A stretch of 64,000 bases of DNA from a virus, in IMG/VR virus record IMGVR_UViG_3300025405_000011, positions 32,001 through 96,000 of that record; one strand, 5' to 3'. Positions 9,119 through 17,377 of the stretch are shown piece by piece. Each line of letters begins with the position of its first letter. Position 1 is the stretch's first letter. Made by a program: the position numbers and the translations under genes. The notes below the pieces were generated by a model. That model did no database searches. It saw only the letters and a program-made list of their open reading frames with translations, and was not told where the DNA came from.

Positions 9119-9828
9119 TGATTCTTTCGATAATAACCGTCTTCAAGTTCTTCAAGTCCAACTGTATTCCAATGTGCAGTTTTATTGAGTTCTCCATCCA
9201 TACTCTCTTTGGCTATCCACTCTTCTCTACGAAAAGGGATTAGTTGTGCTACCATAGTCCCTGCAGGAATCTTTCCAGTAAAACCAATCTTTAGATGAAA
9301 GGCCATATTGGCACCCGGACAGTTATAGTCGTCTACAACTGCACTAGTACTGATAAATGGAAGATCCCAACGATTTAATGGGTGAGTAAAGAGACAACTA
9401 TATCCATCGGGTATTCTAATAGAAACTGGAAGAGACCAAATAAAGTGCTCTTCATGATAACCCGGTGGGTGTGGAGCAGGATCAGTTATTGCAGGTGGAC
9501 GATTAGATACAGGTCCTCTTTGTTGATTGTTATGACTTATAACTATTTTACCATCTACTTCTTGTACCCAGACATCTTCAGCCAAAAATACTCCATAGCC
9601 AGTGACTAATGCATCAAGAAAGGGCATGCAATGCTTAAGTCCTGGAAGTCTTGTTCCATCAAACTCGACCCAACGTTGAGTTTGTTTATACCAGTCAGGG
9701 GTATGTCTAGACATAGTCTGTACTAGTTCATCAAATTGTTGATTTGGATATCCACCTTCCCAGAGTAGAGTGACTGGTCCTGAACTAGAGTCAGTTAATA
9801 TTTTTTTATGTTTTTTTCTAGTGAACAT
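9094..9828 (-). CDS. Conserved phage protein (CMPFLDA motif, dUTPase-like beta-clip C-terminus)
   Basis: PDWYK...KHCMPFLDA...GYSCLFTHPLN...IPAGT..AQLIPFRRE; a family I recall beside 2OG-Fe(II) oxygenases in aquatic phages. Confidence 0.6.
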   Translation of the reverse strand: MFTRKKHKKILTDSSSGPVTLLWEGGYPNQQFDELVQTMSRHTPDWYKQTQRWVEFDGTRLPGLKHCMPFLDALVTGYGVFLAEDVWVQEVDGKIVISHNNQQRGPVSNRPPAITDPAPHPPGYHEEHFIWSLPVSIRIPDGYSCLFTHPLNRWDLPFISTSAVVDDYNCPGANMAFHLKIGFTGKIPAGTMVAQLIPFRREEWIAKESMDGELNKTAHWNTVGLEELEDGYYRKNHWKKKIYR

Positions 9829-10390
9829 TTTTATCTAGTTTCTGTTCTGAGTTATCTGTATAGTTTATAGACATAGATAGTTTTACTCCCTCAGTGATCT
9901 TTCTTACTCCGTGTACATATTGTGGTGGAAATAGCAATACACTTCCTTTAGAGGGCTTAAATTCTAAATCTAGACTGGGGAAGTAGATTTCTCCACCTTC
10001 ATACTCTTCAGGATTATTTAAGTATACTACAGAAGTGAAATTTGCTTCTGGCATATCTTCGTTGTCTATGTGGGGAACTATATATCCTCCCACTGGGTAG
10101 TAGTTAATATAGTGTTCATAATCATAGACTGCTTTAGAAGACTGTAAGAATTCAATTACTTTTCTACCACAACTACGATAGAGAGCTGTAACTGGACTAT
10201 TTACTATTTTATAGAGCAATAGCACATCTCGAGGGTTAACTAATAGTTCTGACCTATGGTCTTCATTATCACTACCACTAATCATCATATTGCCATCAAT
10301 ATAGGCTTTCCTGACATAATCTGATAAAAAGTCACAGGTTTCTTTGCCTATGAAGTCTTCTACTAGTACTACTTCACTTTCTTCTTCCAT
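9818..10390 (-). CDS. 2OG-Fe(II) oxygenase (prolyl 4-hydroxylase-like)
   Basis: HID...YLN...EGGEIYF...HGV...K motif. Confidence 0.88.
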   Translation of the reverse strand: MEEESEVVLVEDFIGKETCDFLSDYVRKAYIDGNMMISGSDNEDHRSELLVNPRDVLLLYKIVNSPVTALYRSCGRKVIEFLQSSKAVYDYEHYINYYPVGGYIVPHIDNEDMPEANFTSVVYLNNPEEYEGGEIYFPSLDLEFKPSKGSVLLFPPQYVHGVRKITEGVKLSMSINYTDNSEQKLDKNVH

Positions 10391-10392
10391 TA

Positions 10393-10959
10393 CTAATACT
10401 TTACACTTTCATCTTCAGTGTAGTTTAATGCAAGAGTTCTCTTAAATCCAGAAGTAACTTTACGAGCTTCATGCCAGTAGGTCCCTGGAAAAATTAGTAG
10501 AGTGCCCTTTTTAGGCTTAAGAACTAGATCTAGATTGGGGAAATATAGTTCTCCACCATCATAGTTCTCAGGTTCATCCAAGTATAGAACTGAAGTAACA
10601 AAGCAGTCAGGCATTTGATGATCATCTCTATGTGGAATTAAATGTCCATTTACTGGATAATAGTTAAAAAGACAGTTGTCTTTGTGTGCATAGAGTTTAC
10701 GAGAATGGCCTATTAATTCTATAGCAGAGTCCAAATGCTTACGATATGTAGAGACAAATTCTTCATCTTCTATCTGATAGGCATCTACTACTAGTCGAGG
10801 GTTTTGTAACTCTAGTTCTCTCACTTTGGGGTCTTTTACAGTAAGAGGCTTCATTCGTTGTAGTTCTAGTGCTTTGTCTAGATATCTATTATAGAGATCA
10901 CATTCTTCAAAACTAGTAAAGTCTTCATATATTCGAATTTCTTCTCTGGACTCTTCCAT
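10393..10959 (-). CDS. 2OG-Fe(II) oxygenase (prolyl 4-hydroxylase-like), paralog of the adjacent gene
   Basis: HRD...YLD...DGGELYF...HEA...K motif. Confidence 0.88.
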   Translation of the reverse strand: MEESREEIRIYEDFTSFEECDLYNRYLDKALELQRMKPLTVKDPKVRELELQNPRLVVDAYQIEDEEFVSTYRKHLDSAIELIGHSRKLYAHKDNCLFNYYPVNGHLIPHRDDHQMPDCFVTSVLYLDEPENYDGGELYFPNLDLVLKPKKGTLLIFPGTYWHEARKVTSGFKRTLALNYTEDESVKY

Positions 10960-10960
10960 A

Positions 10961-12232
10961 CTACTCTTTTTTATTAGCTTTTAGTAGTTGTGCTGACTTT
11001 AGTTTGTTTACTGCCTTATTAAAGACCGAGTTCCAATCTTTACAAACATTTTCCCAAGTTACATTCGTGACCCAGTTGTAGGCATTGTCTACTCTCTCTG
11101 GGTATAGTCCAGCTTTTACTTCAAGAATAGCATCAGCAGCAGCTTCTACATCCATTAATGGACGAACTCGATCATTGTCATTTTCTTTCATTACCCAGTG
11201 ACTTGGAGTACTACCACTAGGAACTCTCCAACCACGATCTTCTCCAAGTATCTCAGGCAGACTGGTATTGTCCGGAGCAACTACCGGAAGTTTACAGGCC
11301 ATGGCTTCAGTAATACTAAGGCCCCAACCTTCACCTAGAGTAGTAGTCAAATAGCAGTCACTCGAGTTATAGAGCTGATTTACTACCTCAATGGGAAAAC
11401 CACTATGGGCACTAAATTGTGCTGGGTTAGGGATAGTAAAATCAGTATTAGGGTCTAGTCCTAGTGCTTGAGCCATTGCTAGTACACTTCCACCAAAGTC
11501 ACTCTCTTGCATATGTAGATAGAAGAAGATGTCATCATGGCCTCTACGTTTGAGTTCCTTAAGTATCATAAGTGTACGACCAATGTCTTTACGTCCTTGA
11601 TTACGATTGACATTGGTAACAATAAAACGGTCAGCATTGACTCCAAAAAGTGCTTTACGAATAGTTTGAATTTGCTCTTGTGGAAGTGGGTAGAAATCTT
11701 TGGTATTAGTTCCATGATAGATTACCTTAAAACTATCTACTACATCACCTAGGTATCTACGAGTTTCTTCTCTAGCATACTCTGTATAGGGTACCGGGTA
11801 GTCAAAACTAGCAACTGCTTTTTCTACCCAAGATGGCTTAGGCGGGCAATCAAATGGGTAATAATAAATACTACTAAAAGACTTGGCTTTACCGGCTTGT
11901 ATTTCACGAATTTTATCGGCAATAGGTTCTACAATAAAAGTATCTTGAATTACAAATACTAAGTCATAGTCTCCACGTCCTAGAAAGTCAAGAAATACTT
12001 GTCGTCCAAAAAGATCAGCATAGGAACCCTGCTGTCTTAATGCACTAATAGCAGGCCAAACTTGTCCAGGGAACTTATTGGTGTCATATACTCCGCCATC
12101 ATAATTGACGGCAATAACATCAATATCATAGTTGCCGGTTTTGTATAGTTCTCTCATGATATTACTATTTACTGTAGCAAAACCAGTAGAGCAACAATAG
12201 TCACCCCATACTAAGATCTTTGTTTTGGCCAT
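10961..12232 (-). CDS. Glycosyltransferase, GT-B fold (GT4-like)
   Basis: TGFA, IYHG, NRNQGRK, EGWGLSITEAMAC (E-x7-E). Probable start MAKTKIL at 12232. Confidence 0.9.
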   Translation of the reverse strand: MAKTKILVWGDYCCSTGFATVNSNIMRELYKTGNYDIDVIAVNYDGGVYDTNKFPGQVWPAISALRQQGSYADLFGRQVFLDFLGRGDYDLVFVIQDTFIVEPIADKIREIQAGKAKSFSSIYYYPFDCPPKPSWVEKAVASFDYPVPYTEYAREETRRYLGDVVDSFKVIYHGTNTKDFYPLPQEQIQTIRKALFGVNADRFIVTNVNRNQGRKDIGRTLMILKELKRRGHDDIFFYLHMQESDFGGSVLAMAQALGLDPNTDFTIPNPAQFSAHSGFPIEVVNQLYNSSDCYLTTTLGEGWGLSITEAMACKLPVVAPDNTSLPEILGEDRGWRVPSGSTPSHWVMKENDNDRVRPLMDVEAAADAILEVKAGLYPERVDNAYNWVTNVTWENVCKDWNSVFNKAVNKLKSAQLLKANKKE

Positions 12233-12263
12233 TGGAGTCCTATCTGTGAATATATCTGTAACT

Positions 12264-12292
12264 ATTGTAGTATATTTACTAACTTTTATCAA
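12264..12292 (-). promoter_or_regulatory. SigA-type promoter for the GT / oxygenase / sulfotransferase operon
   Basis: TTGATA-N17-TACAAT. Confidence 0.6.
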
Positions 12293-13057
12293 CTACATCA
12301 GTCGTAAAGTACCATACTTTGTAGGGTTATTGGAATAGAGTTCTATTCTTCTTTGAGCTGATTTAGTCATCTCTTCTGAGATATCATTGGTAATAAAATT
12401 TCTTTTATTCTCTACTGCAGCTTGTGCAGTTACTCCACTGCCACCAAAAGGGTCTAGTACTGTATCCCCTGGCCTAGTGTAGAGTTGTATAAATTTATGT
12501 GCAAGCCCAATAGGGTAGGTGTCCAGTAAAAAACCTACTCCTTCTTTTTCTAGTTCTTGGTCTAGTAATTGCCCTATATTATTGTTTATCCCAGGACCCA
12601 ATCCCCAGTCTCTTTTCTTTATGTTTTTATTAAAAGGCAAGTGTGATGAAGATCTAGCTAGATGAAACCACAATACTTGAGATCCATTCATTGTCTCTAG
12701 AAAAGAATGGGGAACATTATAGTCCCAAGTAGTAAAGCCCAAATAGTGTAGCTTGGTTTTTTTTAAAACTTTGGCTAGGTAGAGATAGGGCATAGCTCTC
12801 TGATCTCCAATACAGATAAATAGACTACCATTGGGCTTTAAAACACGTTCCATCTCTTTGGTAGACTTAACTAGCATAGACAACATATCTACTTGACTAT
12901 GTCCAAAGTTTATCTGCTTTTGTGGATCACCCTTATAACGTTCTACATCTATGTCAAGATAGGGTGGGTGGGTAATAATTAAATCTATACTACCACTAGG
13001 GATGTCTAGTTTACGAGCATCTCCTATGATGAACTTATTGTTTTCAGATTGATACAT
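12293..13057 (-). CDS. DNA amino-methyltransferase (N4-C/N6-A, beta class)
   Basis: DLIITHPPY (motif IV variant) precedes VLDPFGGSGVT (motif I). Confidence 0.85.
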   Translation of the reverse strand: MYQSENNKFIIGDARKLDIPSGSIDLIITHPPYLDIDVERYKGDPQKQINFGHSQVDMLSMLVKSTKEMERVLKPNGSLFICIGDQRAMPYLYLAKVLKKTKLHYLGFTTWDYNVPHSFLETMNGSQVLWFHLARSSSHLPFNKNIKKRDWGLGPGINNNIGQLLDQELEKEGVGFLLDTYPIGLAHKFIQLYTRPGDTVLDPFGGSGVTAQAAVENKRNFITNDISEEMTKSAQRRIELYSNNPTKYGTLRLM

Positions 13058-13412
13058 TGCTTTTGGGTTTACGACCTCGTCCAGAGATTTTAACTCTATT
13101 GGCCTCTGACTCTTTTCTAGCCATAGAACTATCCATCCAATATAGTGCTTCGGGTTTATGGCAGTTAATATTCATTTTTTTTCGAATACTAACTCTTTGT
13201 TTCTCACTAGTACCAGCCCAATAGCCATAATGCTCATGATGTAGAGCATGTTCAAGACATTGCTTTTGTACTGGACAGTCCTCACATGTCTGTACTAGTA
13301 TCGGGTCTACTAACTCTCCTTGTGTTGGAAAGAACATTTCAGTTGCTAGGCCTTTACAGAGTGCTTGATCTTGCCATCTAAAGTCTATTTTATTTTTACT
13401 TATTACGGTCAC
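13044..13412 (-). CDS. whiB: WhiB-family Fe-S transcription factor
   Basis: WQDQALC...FFP...CEDCPV..QCL..AL...GYWAG. Probable GTG start at 13412 overlapping the GT stop. Confidence 0.92.
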   Translation of the reverse strand: MTVISKNKIDFRWQDQALCKGLATEMFFPTQGELVDPILVQTCEDCPVQKQCLEHALHHEHYGYWAGTSEKQRVSIRKKMNINCHKPEALYWMDSSMARKESEANRVKISGRGRKPKSNVSI

Positions 13413-14398
13413 TTTAGTGTTTTTTCTATTTCTCTTAGACGAGGAATTACTCGTGTTTCTACTTCTCGGTCCCAATTAAATTCTTCTTTTAGTTTAATTG
13501 CTTGTTCTCTATAGTCTAGTTCATAGTCAGAATAGTTATTGTATACTCTTCTCATCTGGTCTCTAATTGACTTGATAGTGGGTTGAAATGCTTCTCCTCG
13601 AAGAAAACTTACTTCTTGTATGTTCTGAGGAACAGCTTCTTTACGAGTATGCAACTTAGCATGTATATATTCAGCATAGTCAGCCCAATCGGTTACTGAA
13701 ATTACTGGCATGCCTGTAGCCATTGCTTCTAATGGCATCATACCACCACCCTCTCCCATACTGGGGTACACTAGGCAATGTGTATTGTAAAGTAGATTCT
13801 TGTAGTCCTCTTGTTCTAGAGCACTAGCAATAACTGTCACTCTATCATAGAGCTGTATTCCAGTAATAGAAGCAGGTCCATAGGACTTAAACACTAGGAA
13901 AGCATTACTATCATCTTCAAACTCTTGAAGAAATGCTTCTAGTACTAGTCGTCCATTCTTTCTTAGAGTGGGCTCTCCAGTATGTAAAAAGTAAAAGGGT
14001 CCATCTTTGACTCTCTCTACTGGGTCAAAGCCATCAGTTATGCATGCTCTTACAACTAGAGTTACTCTATCAGTATACTTATCAAAACAGTCTTCTTTAA
14101 CCCAAGTGGCTGTAGTCCAGATCTCGTCCATGAGATTTAGACCATCTTGCCATTCGGGTATTATTTCTGTACTCTCATGAGTGGCTATACCAATATTATA
14201 TTGATTGGACTGTCTACATAGCCATCCAGGATTATCACAGCAGATGTTGATTTCTGCAGTAGGGTCATTAATCACTACTTCAAAACCATGTCTCTCTAAA
14301 GAGTTGTAGATTTGACGTGCAACTCGTGCATACCCATTCTGTTGAGTATTGAATGAGTTATTGTTGTGTAATGCTACACCTGTAAAAGAAATCTTCAT
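13409..14398 (-). CDS. Glycosyltransferase, GT-B fold (GT4-like)
   Basis: NGY, HEST, RKNG, PSMGEGGGMMPLEAMATG. Confidence 0.88.
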   Translation of the reverse strand: MKISFTGVALHNNNSFNTQQNGYARVARQIYNSLERHGFEVVINDPTAEINICCDNPGWLCRQSNQYNIGIATHESTEIIPEWQDGLNLMDEIWTTATWVKEDCFDKYTDRVTLVVRACITDGFDPVERVKDGPFYFLHTGEPTLRKNGRLVLEAFLQEFEDDSNAFLVFKSYGPASITGIQLYDRVTVIASALEQEDYKNLLYNTHCLVYPSMGEGGGMMPLEAMATGMPVISVTDWADYAEYIHAKLHTRKEAVPQNIQEVSFLRGEAFQPTIKSIRDQMRRVYNNYSDYELDYREQAIKLKEEFNWDREVETRVIPRLREIEKTLK

Positions 14399-14404
14399 AA
14401 CACT

Positions 14405-14433
14405 AGTATAAAGGGTCTAAGTGTAGTAAACAA
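14405..14433 (-). promoter_or_regulatory. SigA-type promoter giving a leaderless mRNA
   Basis: TTGTTT-N17-TATACT, then 6 nt to the ATG; no SD sequence. Confidence 0.65.
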
Positions 14434-14434
14434 G

Positions 14435-14543
14435 AGAAGGGTCCCCGGGAGGAGTGCAAGGTGTAGAAAACCGACTACGACTCCCAGGGAGACTGAGGCC
14501 CTTCTTCATCAAGGGAATTACACTAAACCGAAATAGTTACCCT
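14435..14543 (-). ncRNA. Candidate structured RNA or complex terminator
   Basis: GC-rich intergenic segment with nested stems AGAAGGG/CCCTTCT, TCCCTGGGAG/CTCCCGGGGA and GTAG/CTAC, plus an upstream hairpin. Confidence 0.45.
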
Positions 14544-14555
14544 CACTGTCTACTG

Positions 14556-14774
14556 TTACTTTTTAGGACCTTTTACATTGTCCTTTCCAAATTTTTCTGC
14601 TTTTTTCAGTAGCCCAATAACATACTCTACAAAGTTTTCTACATCTCTAATGTCTTCGGCTTTATCACTGTGATCAACCATAATGGTCATACCGATCATA
14701 GTAGAGTGTAATTCACGAGATAGGATAAAGTTCATGAGCTCTCGTTGCATCTTATCATATTTGTTAACAGGCAT
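14556..14774 (-). CDS. Hypothetical protein
   Basis: 72-aa ORF packed in an operon. Confidence 0.6.
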   Translation of the reverse strand: MPVNKYDKMQRELMNFILSRELHSTMIGMTIMVDHSDKAEDIRDVENFVEYVIGLLKKAEKFGKDNVKGPKK

Positions 14775-14775
14775 A

Positions 14776-15018
14776 TTATCTCTTTAGTATTCCTAGTAGA
14801 GTTGCAGAAGCCATAGACATAATTGGGAACACTAGAGAGCAAATAATTGCCCATCCAGCAGCAGCTCCATTATGGTTAAAGAATGCTGTAATCAGTAGTG
14901 GAGCTAGAGCAAGTGCACTCAATAGAGCCAACCCTGCTGTAATCATCCCTACTATTAGTAGTACTCTTTTCATCATTCTTGTCATTCTATCTCTTTCCTT
15001 TACCAGCCATGCCCGCAA
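14776..15018 (-). CDS. Small membrane protein (2 TM helices)
   Basis: Two long hydrophobic segments with basic termini; true start uncertain. Confidence 0.6.
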   Translation of the reverse strand: MRAWLVKERDRMTRMMKRVLLIVGMITAGLALLSALALAPLLITAFFNHNGAAAGWAIICSLVFPIMSMASATLLGILKR

Positions 15019-15383
15019 CCATATTGATCGGGGACATAGCTACTCGAATTTATCTTTATTGCTATATATATTTGTTCTTCTATGGAAGCATCTGCTGCAT
15101 TATTAGCAAACTGCTTACCACCGTATGCAATCCAGTTATAGTTAGTGATTCCTAGACCCCCAGAATATAGAGGGCCTCTAAGAGTCCAGTTATAACCAGT
15201 TTCACATACTGATACCTTTTCCCACTTTAGTACTATATTTCTGGGAACAAGTCCTACATCTACTACGGGTGTTACTATTGTTCTTTCTGTTGTCGTTGTT
15301 ACTGTATTGTTAGTATCAGCAGTAGCACTATTCATTATAAATATTGATACTACTAAAGTTCCAAGTGCAATTAAACGTCGCAA
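15000..15383 (-). CDS. Resuscitation-promoting factor (Rpf)-like transglycosylase with signal peptide
   Basis: WEKVSVCETGYNW...YSGGLG...W..YGG..FA..A..AS.EEQI.IA; hydrophobic N-terminus. Confidence 0.85.
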   Translation of the reverse strand: MRRLIALGTLVVSIFIMNSATADTNNTVTTTTERTIVTPVVDVGLVPRNIVLKWEKVSVCETGYNWTLRGPLYSGGLGITNYNWIAYGGKQFANNAADASIEEQIYIAIKINSSSYVPDQYGCGHGW

Positions 15384-15454
15384 AATTACTCCAATGTTAG
15401 ATTAATAAGTGCTTTTAGTTACTATAGACATCACCTCTTTCTTCTTAGATTTTA

Positions 15455-15483
15455 AGTTTATGTTCTTTTATTGCTTTAATCAA
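15455..15483 (-). promoter_or_regulatory. SigA-type promoter for the Rpf operon
   Basis: TTGATT-N17-TAAACT. Confidence 0.55.
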
Positions 15484-17342
15484 GAACCAAAGAGTAGGGC
15501 TCTTGGGCTCGTATCGATGGTGTCTTCCATATCAACATTTTCATCTACTACTCCTCGAATGGCTTCTGCTTCTGCTCTTCTTCTGAGGATTTTAGCATCC
15601 ACTCGTTCTTCAATTGTATTTACAGCAACTGGACGATAGATCCAAGTTTTTTCAATGCCCTTACTCTTGCTATCCGCTCTATTAATGCGATCTTTTCTCT
15701 GCTTGTATTCAGAGTATGTTCTGGGAATTTCGATATTCCACAAGTAGGGTGCATATAGGTTTAGTCCTTCTTGGCCAACATCACTAGTAATTAGTATAGC
15801 CGGACCAGTAGTGGAGTTAAAGGTTTTAATATTTTTAGTAATCGTTTCACTATCCATACCTACACCCCATATAGGTAAGACTGGTATATCTTTAAACTTA
15901 TTTTTTAATGATTCTAAATATGGAAATAAGGTACCGTGAGTCCAAAACGTAAACAAGACTACTTTATCCTTACTTTCAATATAAGTTTCCAAGCTACCCT
16001 CAATCAACTGATATTTTGAACTATTTTCTAAACTTATTAAATCTCCATATTGTTCTACTATCTCTTTGGCAAACTTTCCCTCACTGGTTAGTAGTCCAGA
16101 CGTGGTATTACAGATCATTCTTAGTGTATCGATATAGCCCCATGCAGTAGTGGGATTATCCGGGTTGAACTTTTCTCTTGCTAGTTTTTCAGCATAGTCA
16201 TAAATTTCTCGATCTGTATCGCTCAGTTCATAGATCATTCTTTTGGGCATACTCTCTGGGAATTGCTTGGCAATATCTGGGTCACTCTTCATAGCAATAT
16301 GGGTCCAGTTTTCGTGCTTTTTACCCAAAAGTGGAAGTTTGTTTTTGTCCCATTCTTTTACATAGAGTTCTTTGACATAGCCTCTTTCAAAAGTTTGTAT
16401 TTCTTTAGCATACAATAGTTTAAAAGCATCTCTTTTTAGATCACTAACTCCAGGAATACCAGGAGCAACTGTACTAAGAATATTACGAATATTTAGAGGA
16501 CTTGTAGTATAGGGAGTGGCTGTAAGTGCTAGAGACATGACTCGCTCTCCCGTTAGGTTTAAGAGTGTATCAAAACCATCACTTAGTAAACTAGTTCCGG
16601 TATTAATCTTTTGAGCTTCATCTATAACTACTAGTAGTCTTTGCCCCTTTACTAGTTCGAGAACCTGTTCTAGGTCTGTTCTAGAGTAGTCTAGGACCTT
16701 AGCCCTTTGACCCTTGACCTTAACTCGACTAGGTCCTCGAATTTTTTCATAGTTCAATACTAGAACTTGGCTTGAGTCTTCTAGGTAGAAGTCATGTCTT
16801 TGTTTTCTACTCCATTTGCCTTCTACTTTATGTACATCAAGATAGGTCATACGCTTGAACTCTTGTTCCCAGTCATACTGCTTAATCTTTTTACAGAAGA
16901 CTAGAACTTTATCAATGCGTCCTTCATCAAATAGCTTTTGTGCTGTTAAGCAACTGAGTAGAGTTTTACCAGCTCCTGTATCCCACTGCACTAGTACTCT
17001 GGGGTTTGTAGTCTTTAACTGTTCCCAGACAGTATTTAGTCCAATATGTTGGAATGGAAAGAGTTTGTTGTCTTCTAAAAATGGACTTCGAACCTCGAAT
17101 GGGTTACTTGCTGAAGCAACAAGAGAGTTATAGTATAGTTCACACTCCTCGTCGTTAAACTTTAATTCTAGATTGTTAGTCTCTAGAAACTGTTCAAAAT
17201 CTAAGACCTTATCACGGTTACGAAGTGTACCGTAACTGTCCACTAAACGTGAACTTTCTAGTTTTCTATCTAGACTGGAGAACCTTAGTACTCCATTGAG
17301 TTCTCGACTTTTTTGTACAAAGACGATTCCTTGGGAAGTCAT
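15480..17342 (-). CDS. SNF2-family DNA helicase/translocase
   Basis: LFPFQ, DTGAGKT, VIDEAQ, LTATP, GQEGLNL, QR..RI.R. Confidence 0.9.
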   Translation of the reverse strand: MTSQGIVFVQKSRELNGVLRFSSLDRKLESSRLVDSYGTLRNRDKVLDFEQFLETNNLELKFNDEECELYYNSLVASASNPFEVRSPFLEDNKLFPFQHIGLNTVWEQLKTTNPRVLVQWDTGAGKTLLSCLTAQKLFDEGRIDKVLVFCKKIKQYDWEQEFKRMTYLDVHKVEGKWSRKQRHDFYLEDSSQVLVLNYEKIRGPSRVKVKGQRAKVLDYSRTDLEQVLELVKGQRLLVVIDEAQKINTGTSLLSDGFDTLLNLTGERVMSLALTATPYTTSPLNIRNILSTVAPGIPGVSDLKRDAFKLLYAKEIQTFERGYVKELYVKEWDKNKLPLLGKKHENWTHIAMKSDPDIAKQFPESMPKRMIYELSDTDREIYDYAEKLAREKFNPDNPTTAWGYIDTLRMICNTTSGLLTSEGKFAKEIVEQYGDLISLENSSKYQLIEGSLETYIESKDKVVLFTFWTHGTLFPYLESLKNKFKDIPVLPIWGVGMDSETITKNIKTFNSTTGPAILITSDVGQEGLNLYAPYLWNIEIPRTYSEYKQRKDRINRADSKSKGIEKTWIYRPVAVNTIEERVDAKILRRRAEAEAIRGVVDENVDMEDTIDTSPRALLFGS

Positions 17343-17348
17343 AGAACT

Positions 17349-17377
17349 AGTATAGTCTAGATTAGTGTCTTAATCAA
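17349..17377 (-). promoter_or_regulatory. SigA-type promoter giving a leaderless helicase mRNA
   Basis: TTGATT-N17-TATACT, then 6 nt to the ATG. Confidence 0.7.

Noticed and set aside
15403-15440. Micro-ORF MSIVTKSTY after a GAGGTG sequence upstream of the Rpf gene
   Set aside because: The SD-like sequence abuts the ATG with no spacing, and nothing else supports it. No c-di-AMP riboswitch features were seen.
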